From the NCBI GenBank assembly GCA_002400405.1, contig DHFM01000033.1:1-35668 (forward strand): 35,668 nt of DNA, given 5' to 3'. A program made the translations under genes and the position numbers. Source of the stretch: Candidatus Moranbacteria bacterium UBA4824 (GTDB lineage Bacteria; Patescibacteriota; Minisyncoccia; Moranbacterales; UBA2206). How positions within the stretch are numbered: the first letter of the stretch is position 1; every line of letters starts with the position of its first letter. Shown here one piece after another: positions 27,533 through 35,668 of this stretch. The notes beneath the pieces are model-generated. The model did no database searches and had not been told where the DNA came from. It was given only the letters and a program-made list of their open reading frames with translations.

Positions 27533-28267
27533 CTAAACCATGCACTTCCTCACCGGTCGGAAACTTTTGCGGTGGATTTCGCAGGGGCCGTGTTTTTTGA
27601 GGGCGTCCATATGCATTTTTGTACCATAGCCTTTATGCTGGGCAAAATTATATTCAGGATAAATTTTGTGCATTTCTTCCATCATGCGGTCACGTGTCAC
27701 TTTGGCATAAATCGAAGAGGCAGAAATTGATTTGATTAGTTTATCTCCACTCACGATTGCTCGTTGTTCAAAAGAAAAATTGGGGATTTGCTTATTACCA
27801 TCAAGTAGTATTATTTTCTTTTTGTTCCATGTTCCATGTTTCATGTTACGTGAAAGCGAAGCGACTGCACTTTTCATCGCCAGAAAACTAGCTTCCAAAA
27901 TATTCACCCGATCAATTGTCCGATGATCACAGATCCCCACGCCCACATGAAAATTCTCCCCGATAAAATCAAACAGACTTTCCCGTTGTTTTTCCGAGAG
28001 CATTTTGGAATCGCGAATCAGATCCCATTTTTTGTCATTGGAAATTTGATCATTGGAATTTATTTGGAAATTGGAAATTGGAAATTGGAAATTCCGGACT
28101 GTTGTTGCGCAAGCAACAACAGGTCCGGCTAGTGGTCCTCTCCCCACCTCATCAATCCCGATGATAATCTCATATCCCTCGGCGCTTAATTTTTCCTCTA
28201 ATTCAAAGGTTGACCCTGTTAAATAATTTCTTTTTTTACTTGTCTTTTCTTTTAAATTTTCTGCCAT
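27533..28267 (-). CDS. rnhB: Ribonuclease HII
   Basis: GIDEVGRGPLAGPVVA, DSK.L, DGN, GD...SISASSI.AKV.RD, HKGYGT..H, HRKSF. Confidence 0.96.
   Translation of the reverse strand: MAENLKEKTSKKRNYLTGSTFELEEKLSAEGYEIIIGIDEVGRGPLAGPVVACATTVRNFQFPISNFQINSNDQISNDKKWDLIRDSKMLSEKQRESLFDFIGENFHVGVGICDHRTIDRVNILEASFLAMKSAVASLSRNMKHGTWNKKKIILLDGNKQIPNFSFEQRAIVSGDKLIKSISASSIYAKVTRDRMMEEMHKIYPEYNFAQHKGYGTKMHMDALKKHGPCEIHRKSFRPVRKCMV
27823..27850. repeat. TGTTCCA heptamer tandem inside rnhB
   Basis: TGTTCCA TGTTCCA TGTTTCA TGTTACG, translated RNMKHGTWN. Confidence 0.7.
28038..28093. repeat. TTGGAAA heptamer tandem inside rnhB
   Basis: Four exact TTGGAAA units plus degenerate ones, translated NFQFPISNFQINSNDQISN. 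Confidence 0.85.
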
Positions 28268-28395
28268 AAAATTTTAATTAAGCTACTGCTAAGATGCTAT
28301 TTAACAGGGTTGACTTTATCATAAGATTATTATATCCTTAAATATACTTTTTTGACAGTTTCATTAACAATCAAATAATAAGGAGGAAGGGAAAA

Positions 28396-28938
28396 ATGAA
28401 AAAGAAAATTTTCATAATAGAAGAAAGTGATGAAATCGGGAAAGTAAATGTTAAAAAAAAATACAACATTAGGGACTTTTTCATTATTTGCGTTGTTATA
28501 ATTGCAATTTTATTTTTTGTTTTTGGAAGGGATTTCAAAAAAGAACTCCCACCGGAAATGATTCACAAACCAGTCGTAAGGGAGGAGCCAATGATTATCG
28601 GAACTTTAAGAAAAGGTGACCAGCTTGATTTTCCCGGAAAAGTTTTGACCGTATTATATGCTTCTGCGGGAAAAAACACAGTCAATTGCACGCTTAAGGA
28701 TGAAGACCTAAACCAAATCCGCACGAAAACCTTCTATCGGGTTGGGAACGACATCAAAAGCGGGGTCGATATTGGCAACTGCCAAAAATATATCCCCGCA
28801 AAAAAAATCATTGCCGTTGGACAAAAATATGGAGACGTAATAATCCGGAAAATTTTGAGAAAAAACAAGGAGGGATGGGTTTGTTTTGTGAGTTACGGAA
28901 GCGCCTTTTCACGCTCTCTTCAAATAATTCCGACATAA
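28396..28938 (+). CDS. Hypothetical membrane-anchored protein
   Basis: AAGGAGG RBS, one N-terminal TM, downstream terminator. Confidence 0.75.
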   Translation: MKKKIFIIEESDEIGKVNVKKKYNIRDFFIICVVIIAILFFVFGRDFKKELPPEMIHKPVVREEPMIIGTLRKGDQLDFPGKVLTVLYASAGKNTVNCTLKDEDLNQIRTKTFYRVGNDIKSGVDIGNCQKYIPAKKIIAVGQKYGDVIIRKILRKNKEGWVCFVSYGSAFSRSLQIIPT

Positions 28939-28961
28939 TTTTCCCCCAGAAACAGCAAAAA

Positions 28962-28997
28962 GGGTTCCCGCGACAACCGCGCGGGAATCCTTTTTTA
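28962..28997 (+). terminator. Intrinsic terminator
   Basis: GGTTCCCGCG...CGCGGGAATCC followed by T run. Confidence 0.8.
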
Positions 28998-29102
28998 TTT
29001 TTCCCAATAAAAAAAGAACCTACTAGTATTGTTCTTATCTTTTAGATAAAAGATAAGAAAACTTTCTACTACAGATTCTAGTTTATTTACAGAGGTCCCA
29101 AA

Positions 29103-29295
29103 CGACCAGCCCCGCGACAATATCGCCGGGACCCCTGCTGTTGAGGTTTCCACCAAGGCTCGCTCCCGTCGCGAGCCTGCCCTAGCCAACTTACAAAGTC
29201 TTAATCCTTGTGTTGACCATGGAGTTACCTCCTGGTTATCGGATTTTCGTTTTGCCTCGGTTCGCTGCGAACCAAAACCAAGGCGCTCCTAGTCA
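29103..29295 (-). ncRNA. Structured ncRNA, raiA-motif-like
   Basis: GC-rich island with several hairpins; closing helix GACUAG/CUGGUC; motifs AGGCAAAACGA, GUAAGU, GAAAC..CAGCAGG in raiA order (from recall); TTGACA/TAATAT upstream at 29335-29308. Confidence 0.55.
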
Positions 29296-29372
29296 AATAA
29301 TAAATATATATTATATGATTTATTTTTTTTGTCAAGTATTCCTTCTTATGCTAAACTATATTTAATGCATTA

Positions 29373-29459
29373 ATTCGCGATTCGCAACATTCGCATATAT
29401 TCGCCAGCCTCGCGTCGACGAGCAATCGTCTTTGCGAGTCGAGGTGGGCGGATTAGCAT
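29373..29459. repeat. ATTCGC-unit repeat with a nested GC-rich hairpin
   Basis: ATTCGCG ATTCGCAAC ATTCGCATAT ATTCGC then CCTCG...GACGAGCAATCGTC...CGAGG, then GGATTAGC. Confidence 0.6.
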
Positions 29460-29590
29460 CATTATTAATTCACCTGCAAAACCCATGGGGCAACCTGGGC
29501 TATGAGGAGAACAAATCATATGAAAATAATTATACTATTTTTTAAAGTCTGGACTAGTAATTAAATTTAACTAGTCTTTTATTTTGCTCA

Positions 29591-29703
29591 AATTTTATAA
29601 TTTTTAATTTTGTAATTTTTAAATAATGTTTTAATTTCTAATGTTTAAAAATTAAAAAATTTAGATTTATTTATAAAATTAAAAATTCAAAAATTAAAAA
29701 TTT
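29591..29703. repeat. AT-rich heptamer inverted element directly upstream of dnaE
   Basis: Shares AATTTTATAATTTTT, GTAATTTTTAAATAA, TTTAATTTCTAA and GTTTAAAAATT with 2113-2250. Confidence 0.7.
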
Positions 29704-29706
29704 TTT

Positions 29707-32700
29707 ATGCCAAAGTTCACCCACCTCCACGTCCACACTCACTACAGTCTATTAGACGGTCTCGCCAAAATCGATGACATTCTTGATCGTGCCAAGGAGC
29801 TTGGGATGGATTCTTTAGCAATTACCGATCACGGTGTACTTTATGGCGCCATTGAATTTTATATCAAAGCCAAAGAACGCGGAATAAAACCAATTATCGG
29901 TTGCGAAATGTATCTCACAGCGGGAGATTATTTGAGCAAGAACAATACCCAAGAAGACAAAACTCGCTATCATTTGATTTTGCTGGCAAAAAATGAAATT
30001 GGCTACAAGAATCTAATGAAACTAATTTCAGTGGCGCATTTGGAAGGTTTCTACTATAAACCCAGAATTAATAAAGAACTTTTGCGAAAATATTCCCAAG
30101 GGTTAATCGGGCTATCGGCTTGCGCTGAAGGAGAAGTTCCTTCGGCTGCTATTTCCGGCAATATCGAAAAAGCTGAAAAGCTAGCTTTGGAATATCAAGA
30201 AATTTTTGGTAAAGGTAATTTCTATTTAGAAATTCAACATCATCCTAAATTTGAAAAGCAAGGCATTGCTAACACAGCTCTCATTGCAATTTCAAAAAAA
30301 TTTGACATTCCGCTTGTCGCCACTAACGACATTCATTATGTTAAAAAAGAAGATAATTCCATTCAAGATATTCTGCTTTGTATTCAAACTAACCGCAAAG
30401 TCACGGAAACTAACCGGATGAATTTAATGGATTTTGAGTTGTATCTTAAGAGTCCTGAAGAAATGGCAGAACATTTCAAAGATAGTCCAGAGGCTCTCGC
30501 TAACACCCAAGAAATTGTGGATAAATGCAATTTGGAAATAAAATTGGGCGAAACTCAACTTCCTCATTTTGATGTACCCGAAGGATATGACGCTGAAACA
30601 TATCTTCTCAAAATGACCAAAGATGGTCTCAAAAAAAGATTTGGTGAAAATATAACCGAAGAACATCAAAAACGAATGGACTATGAATTGGATATCATTC
30701 AAAAAACTGGTTTTGCGTCTTACTTTCTTATCGTGCAAGATTTTGTTAATTGGGCTAAGGAGCAAGGCATCGTGGTGGGCCCAGGGCGTGGCAGTGCCGC
30801 CGGAAGTTTTGTGTCGTACCTCATCGGCATCACTAACATTGATCCAATAAAATATGATTTGCTGTTTGAAAGATTTCTAAATCCGGAGCGAATCTCGATG
30901 CCCGATGTTGACATGGACTTTGCTGACGACCGCCGTGATGAAGTTTTGGAATATGTTCGGCAAAAATATGGCAACGATCATGTGGCTCAGATTATTACTT
31001 TTGGAACTATGGCTGCACGCGCAGCTATTCGCGACGCCGGACGCGCACTGGGACTTCCCTATGATTTTTGCGACAAAACTGCCAAAATGATTCCGATGTT
31101 TTCTACGATTTCAGATGCGTTGGAGCAAGTCAAAGAATTTAGCGATCTGCACAAAAATGATGAGGGTGGAAAAAAATTAATTGACAGTGCTTCGCGCCTT
31201 GAAGGCGTAGTGCGTCATGCTTCGATGCATGCTTGCGGAGTAGTTATCACCAAAGAACCTGTGACGGAATATTCCCCTTTACAAAAAATAACCGGCAAAG
31301 GTGATGGCACCGTGACACAATATTCTTCTTCAACTAAATCCAGTTTTGTGGAAAAAATTGGTCTGCTCAAGATGGACTTTTTGGGACTAAAAAATCTCAC
31401 CATCATTCAAAATGCTTTGAAGATTGTGAAAAAAACTTATGGTCAAGAAATTAATATTGACAATATTCCCCTTGATGACAAAGAAACTTTCAAACTTTTG
31501 CAAGAAGCTAGAACAACGGGAGTGTTTCAATTGGAAAGTTCCGGCATGAAAAGATATTTGAAACTTCTAAAACCCAATGTTTTGGAAGACATCATCGCGA
31601 TGGTAGCGCTGTACCGCCCCGGTCCAATGGACTGGATTCCCGATTTTATTTCCAGAAAACACGGCGAAAAAGAAATCAAATATTTGCATCCGAATTTGAA
31701 ACCAATTTTGGAAAAAACTTATGGCGTAGCGGTCTATCAAGAACAGGTTATGCAGATTGCTCAAGCTTTGGCCGGTTTCACACTTGGCGAAGCGGATGTA
31801 CTACGAAAAGCCATGGGCAAAAAAATCTTCGCCCTCATCCAAGAACAAAAACATAAATTCATTGAAGGTTGCATGAAGCAAGGTATTGCCGGATCTGTGG
31901 GTGAAAAAGTTTTTGCCTACATTGAACCTTTCGCGGGTTATGGTTTTAACAGAAGTCATGCTGCTTGTTATGCTCTTGTTGGCTATCAAACAGCCTATCT
32001 CAAGGCGCATTTTCCAGCCGAATTTATGGCTGCACTGCTCACCTCCGATCAAGATAATATTGATCGTGTGGCGATTGAAATTGCTGAATGTCGAGAAATG
32101 GGTATTGAAGTTTTGCCACCCAATGTCAATGAAAGTTTTGAACAATTTGCAGTGATTACAGATGAAAAAAATAATACCGAGAAAATTCGTTTTGGACTAA
32201 ATGCCGTCAAAAATGTCGGCCACACCATTGCGCATGAAATTGTAGAAGAAAGAAAAAGAAACGGAAAATTTTTGAGTCTTAATGATTTCGTGGAAAGAGT
32301 GCGCCACAAAGATCTCAATAAGAAATCTATCGAAGCCCTTTCCAAAGTTGGCGCACTGGAAGAATTTTCCGAAAGAAACTCCATCATCGCTTCCATTGAA
32401 AATATCTTGGCTCATTCAAAGAATATTGAAAAATTGAAAAACTCAAATCAAACAAGTCTCTTTGGAGACGCTGATATTAAATTACCACCGATAAAATTAG
32501 AGGCCTCTATAGAAGCCTCTAAAAAAGAACGCCTACTCTGGGAAAAGGAACTTCTTGGACTCTATATTAGTGATCATCCCGTCAAAGATTATCAAGAATA
32601 TTTTGAAAAAATGGCCTTGCCAATTCGAAACATTGGACCAGAATCAGTCGGGCAAATGGTGTCTGTGGGCGGGATAATTTCCAAAATAAAAAAGATTTTT

Positions 32701-33234
32701 CTCAAAAATCAAAAAACTATGATGTTTGTGACACTGGAAGATATGAATTCTACAATGGAAATTCTGGTTTTCCCAAAAGTTTTAGAAGCGACCGGATCAA
32801 TCTGGCAAGAAGAAAAAATAATTCTCGCCACTGGAAAAATTTCCGATAAAGATGGCAGTTTCAAACTGCTTTGCGACACAGTGAAAGTCGTCAACGAAAA
32901 TGAATTGGAAAATTTCAAAAGAGTTCTCAATACTCAAAAAGCGAATGGTGGCGACTTTAGTGCCACCATTCGTCCTGATCCGCCTACTGGCGGAGAAGGA
33001 CCCCTAAATAATATCGCCAATTCAAAACTTGTGATCACCCTCCCGCCAAACTTCGACAAAACTATTCTCAAAAATCTTTCCGCTTTCTTTGATCGTTGCG
33101 AGCTTGGTGCCATGAAAGTATATCTTTCTATCGGCGGATCCAAACTCGAAACACCCTACTGCATTCAAAACACCGAGGAACTCGAAAAAGCCTTGAAAAT
33201 AATTGTGCCAGAGGGAAGAGTGGATATTTGGTAA
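29707..33234 (+). CDS. dnaE: DNA polymerase III alpha subunit
   Basis: PHP HLHVHTHYSLLDG, GPGRGSAAGS, FERFLNPERISMPDVDMDF, GLLKMDFLGL, GYGFNRSH, OB fold. Confidence 0.98.
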   Translation: MPKFTHLHVHTHYSLLDGLAKIDDILDRAKELGMDSLAITDHGVLYGAIEFYIKAKERGIKPIIGCEMYLTAGDYLSKNNTQEDKTRYHLILLAKNEIGYKNLMKLISVAHLEGFYYKPRINKELLRKYSQGLIGLSACAEGEVPSAAISGNIEKAEKLALEYQEIFGKGNFYLEIQHHPKFEKQGIANTALIAISKKFDIPLVATNDIHYVKKEDNSIQDILLCIQTNRKVTETNRMNLMDFELYLKSPEEMAEHFKDSPEALANTQEIVDKCNLEIKLGETQLPHFDVPEGYDAETYLLKMTKDGLKKRFGENITEEHQKRMDYELDIIQKTGFASYFLIVQDFVNWAKEQGIVVGPGRGSAAGSFVSYLIGITNIDPIKYDLLFERFLNPERISMPDVDMDFADDRRDEVLEYVRQKYGNDHVAQIITFGTMAARAAIRDAGRALGLPYDFCDKTAKMIPMFSTISDALEQVKEFSDLHKNDEGGKKLIDSASRLEGVVRHASMHACGVVITKEPVTEYSPLQKITGKGDGTVTQYSSSTKSSFVEKIGLLKMDFLGLKNLTIIQNALKIVKKTYGQEINIDNIPLDDKETFKLLQEARTTGVFQLESSGMKRYLKLLKPNVLEDIIAMVALYRPGPMDWIPDFISRKHGEKEIKYLHPNLKPILEKTYGVAVYQEQVMQIAQALAGFTLGEADVLRKAMGKKIFALIQEQKHKFIEGCMKQGIAGSVGEKVFAYIEPFAGYGFNRSHAACYALVGYQTAYLKAHFPAEFMAALLTSDQDNIDRVAIEIAECREMGIEVLPPNVNESFEQFAVITDEKNNTEKIRFGLNAVKNVGHTIAHEIVEERKRNGKFLSLNDFVERVRHKDLNKKSIEALSKVGALEEFSERNSIIASIENILAHSKNIEKLKNSNQTSLFGDADIKLPPIKLEASIEASKKERLLWEKELLGLYISDHPVKDYQEYFEKMALPIRNIGPESVGQMVSVGGIISKIKKIFLKNQKTMMFVTLEDMNSTMEILVFPKVLEATGSIWQEEKIILATGKISDKDGSFKLLCDTVKVVNENELENFKRVLNTQKANGGDFSATIRPDPPTGGEGPLNNIANSKLVITLPPNFDKTILKNLSAFFDRCELGAMKVYLSIGGSKLETPYCIQNTEELEKALKIIVPEGRVDIW
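32942..33001. repeat. Adjacent palindromes in-frame in the dnaE C-terminal linker
   Basis: CGAATGGTGGC-N9-GCCACCATTCG (32942-32972) and GTCCTGA[TCCGCCTACTGGCGGA]GAAGGAC. Confidence 0.75.
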
Positions 33235-33253
33235 ACTTTATTTTTAGACAAAA

Positions 33254-33291
33254 AAATAGCGATGATTCAAAAATTTGATTCATCGCTATTT
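33254..33291. terminator. Bidirectional terminator between convergent genes
   Basis: AAATAGCGATGA...TCATCGCTATTT stem. Confidence 0.75.
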
Positions 33292-33312
33292 ACTATAATT
33301 TCTTCTCTCTGT

Positions 33313-33975
33313 TTATTCAGAGAAAGATAAGTCAAATTCTATAAGCATCTCCTCAATTTCATGAAGTGTTTTTATGCCAAGCCCCCCTATCTCGATCATT
33401 TCTTTTCTTTTTTTATTAACAAGCTGACCAAGAGTCTTGATCCTTACAGACCGCAAACAATTCCTCGCCCTCACTGAGAAATCTAACTCCTCTATTTCGA
33501 ACAATAAGATTTTTTTGATGTCCGTTTTTTCTTTATAGCGCACTTGTATCTCATTCAACTCTTCCTTGGTTTTATCCAACTCCGCATTAGCCTCATCTAA
33601 TTTTTTTCTTAAAAATTTAATCTCTTCTTCTAATCCCTCCCTGCTCAACCTCTTAAACGGTCGGCTTCTTTTTGGATGCCTGAGCATCCACAAGCCTCGC
33701 ACTCTCAATTGATAAATACGAGCTTTGCTGACACCGTGTTCGCTGGCAATTTCAGAGCCATTTTTAGCATCCCCCGATAAACCATAAGCTTGAATGATAA
33801 TATCCCCAAGAGGGTGTTTGCTTTTTACTTCATTAAGTGATAACACCTTTTCGAAGATATTATTCGCATCTTCTTCCCGTATCGGTAATAATTCCGAATC
33901 AGAATAACCCATAACTTCCTTTGCAAGTTTCTCATAATTAGCCGGAATAAATGTATCAAAATATATTCTGTGCAT
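33313..33975 (-). CDS. Sigma70 region-4-like HTH + coiled coil + RNA polymerase alpha-CTD-like domain
   Basis: YGL.G...EIA..HGVSKARIYQL..RGL..LRHPKRS; IEELDFSVRARNCL....IKTLGQL......GLG.KTL.EI. Confidence 0.85.
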   Translation of the reverse strand: MHRIYFDTFIPANYEKLAKEVMGYSDSELLPIREEDANNIFEKVLSLNEVKSKHPLGDIIIQAYGLSGDAKNGSEIASEHGVSKARIYQLRVRGLWMLRHPKRSRPFKRLSREGLEEEIKFLRKKLDEANAELDKTKEELNEIQVRYKEKTDIKKILLFEIEELDFSVRARNCLRSVRIKTLGQLVNKKRKEMIEIGGLGIKTLHEIEEMLIEFDLSFSE

Positions 33976-34355
33976 AAAATTCTCTCCTTTTCAATTTTTC
34001 AGATTATTTTTTTATTCACCATTTTATTCAACAAAAGCTTGAAAACTAAAGAATTCCTAGCGAAAAATCCAACGCTACTTAAACTAAAATCTACATTAAT
34101 GTTTTCTTTGAAAACACACAAACCTCCCATATTTATTGTTTTTAAGATACTTCAAACTATCAGCCTTTCTGATAATCTAGGTATTCTAGTATATTTTTAG
34201 ACTTTTGTAAAGTATTGTAACCCCGAGTTCAAGAAATAATTGCAACGCTTCATTAAAAAGCCGGACTAGCGATTATTTTCGCGTCCGGCTAAGTATTAAA
34301 TAAAAGAAAATATTTTTATTTTTTATCTTTTTCTAATTCCCTCCTCTCTAAATAA

Positions 34356-34487
34356 TCAATATACTTCCTTAGAATGGCCAGATCTAGCCCATTTTCGATT
34401 GCCACTTTCATAAAAGTGGTTGAACGCATTTTTCCTAAGACTATGCACACACCATTCTTCTGAGCCCTCTTTATATTCTTCAGACAT
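34356..34487 (-). CDS. Short ORF (43 aa), possibly a frameshifted remnant
   Basis: Strong AAGGAGG RBS then MSEEYKEGSEEWCVHSLRK... Confidence 0.35.
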   Translation of the reverse strand: MSEEYKEGSEEWCVHSLRKNAFNHFYESGNRKWARSGHSKEVY

Positions 34488-34554
34488 TTTTTATCCTCCT
34501 TATTTTTAGATTTTTGAGTTTTTCAAATACTTTTTATACAAAAAAATTTCAATT

Positions 34555-34857
34555 TTATTTCTTCCTCCCCGCCCCCACTTTTTCTTCCAATTTTTCCACC
34601 CGAAATTTCAAATCATTATGAACAAAAATATCTACCTTTTTGTTTAAGTTGGCTTTAATATCTTTTATATCAGCTTTTAATTCATCTTTTACTGATATTA
34701 TTTCTTTCTTTAGCCCGTCTATTTTAGTGTCTATTTTATTATTTATGTTTTCTTCCATACTCAAAAGATTGCCCTGTATTATAGTAGCTAATTTATCCAA
34801 AGTTATTTTACTTTTTACTTTTTTTTCTTTCATATTTTTTACTAGTTTTATCATCAA
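34555..34857 (-). CDS. Hypothetical coiled-coil protein
   Basis: ITLDKLA...heptad-rich...RVEKLEEKV. Confidence 0.7.
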   Translation of the reverse strand: MMIKLVKNMKEKKVKSKITLDKLATIIQGNLLSMEENINNKIDTKIDGLKKEIISVKDELKADIKDIKANLNKKVDIFVHNDLKFRVEKLEEKVGAGRKK

Positions 34858-34923
34858 TTAATTTTTCTTTAATAACAAAATTATACTACGCTTTGCTAAG
34901 CTGGTCAAAACACTGCTTATTTC

Positions 34924-35475
34924 CTACATCTTTCTAATTTCCTTCCTTATCTTCTTATGCTCCGGCACCATTTTCGCCACGAGCGCCCAAAAATCCTTGG
35001 AGTGATTGAACTCACCAAGGTGACATAGTTCGTGGATAATTATATAGTCGCAAAGTTTTTCTGAGAGATAGATTATCCGGTAGCTAAAGTTTAGATTGCC
35101 CGCTTTGGAACAACTCCCCCAGCGGGTTTTTTGGTTGCGAATAGAAACTCGATTATATGAAAAACCATAGAACTCATTGAAATATTGCAACTTTTTTTCG
35201 GCAATCTCTCGCGCCAGCTTTTTATATTTCAAATAATCTTTTCTAGTCGCTAGTGGCAAACTCGATTCCTTGCTTTGAAAATGCTTTATCTTTCCCAAAA
35301 TCCAATCCGCCTTTTCTTTCACGAACTTCATCGCCGTTTCCTCACTCAGTCGCCACGGCACACTCACCACCAAAGTCGCATCATTTCTGATCGTAAGTCG
35401 CATGCACCTCGAGCGCCGGCTTTTTCGGAAAGTATACAGCACTTTTTCTTGATTTAATATTATTTCCTTTTGCAT
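34924..35475 (-). CDS. YgjP/DUF45 (M48-like) zinc-dependent hydrolase
   Basis: IRNQKTRWGSCS..GNLNF, DYIIIHELCHL..FNHS..FW. Confidence 0.9.
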   Translation of the reverse strand: MQKEIILNQEKVLYTFRKSRRSRCMRLTIRNDATLVVSVPWRLSEETAMKFVKEKADWILGKIKHFQSKESSLPLATRKDYLKYKKLAREIAEKKLQYFNEFYGFSYNRVSIRNQKTRWGSCSKAGNLNFSYRIIYLSEKLCDYIIIHELCHLGEFNHSKDFWALVAKMVPEHKKIRKEIRKM

Positions 35476-35536
35476 TTTTTAAGTATAGCAAAAAATTTAC
35501 TTTTCTTATAATTTTATCTCAGTTTAAACCACTTCA

Positions 35537-35588
35537 CCAAAGTTGAGCTTTTCGAAAAGTTTAGGCTCCACCCTAAAGCTCAACTTTT
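35537..35588. repeat. 52-bp dispersed hairpin repeat, copy 2
   Basis: 1 mismatch to 10030-10081. Confidence 0.92.
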
Positions 35589-35668
35589 CCGCAACCCTTT
35601 TTGAATTTAGTATTTTGCATTTTTTACCACCCCATAGAATAAAGAATTTAAGAGAAAAATAGTTTTGT

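Noticed and set aside
26471-27600. Direct repeats as assembly artefacts
   Set aside because: Copies are not identical and differ in a codon-aware way, which misassembly would not produce; reads are still needed for proof
28995-29189. 64-aa minus-strand ORF
   Set aside because: Non-ATG start, no RBS, overlaps the structured RNA
29103-29295. SRP RNA, RNase P RNA, tmRNA or 6S RNA
   Set aside because: No SRP GGAA/AGCAG domain IV context, no GAGGAAAGTCC, no tRNA-like ends, not a single long rod
29476-29499. GCAAAACCCATGGGGCAACCTGGG resembling the first stem of a c-di-GMP-I riboswitch
   Set aside because: The expected following GACGCAAA and second stem are absent
50-35457. Many short antisense or nested ORFs in the track (e.g. 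50..307, 6998..7525, 9293..9928, 11156..11821)
   Set aside because: Shadows of well-supported genes on the opposite strand or frame, with no motifs
1-35668. tRNA, rRNA, integrase or transposase genes
   Set aside because: None recognised by eye

Overview
Low-GC bacterial chromosomal segment, inferred from gene content and repeat types to be a Patescibacteria/CPR (Parcubacteria-like) genome; standard code 11 fits. Most genes are on the minus strand. Core genes: alpha2-type glyS, U32/TrhP-like, tgt, recO, type-2 ileS with a T-box, argS, rnhB, dnaE. Also present are three surface/secreted proteins and several accessory genes. Two unusual systems stand out. (1) Two integrase-free single-gene cassettes (HTH-Fic inside the rnhB 3' end; an AAA ATPase inside the 5' end of a surface-protein gene) are each bracketed by a 67-93 bp duplicate of the interrupted gene terminus and carry their own promoter with an overlapping palindrome. 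The two rnhB-end copies differ by five substitutions that are all synonymous, plus a 1-nt deletion in the non-coding copy. (2) At least six families of short palindromic or heptamer repeats sit in-frame, sometimes nested, inside essential proteins (IleRS, ArgRS, Tgt, U32, RNase HII, DnaE). One family flanks a stand-alone GIY-YIG nuclease gene in a RAYT/REP-like layout. Also seen: an ultra-short-Stem-I Ile T-box with an intrinsic terminator, a raiA-like structured ncRNA, a sigma70-region-4/alpha-CTD fusion protein and a Tgt with an atypical substrate pocket. All family assignments are from motif recognition by eye; no searches were run.
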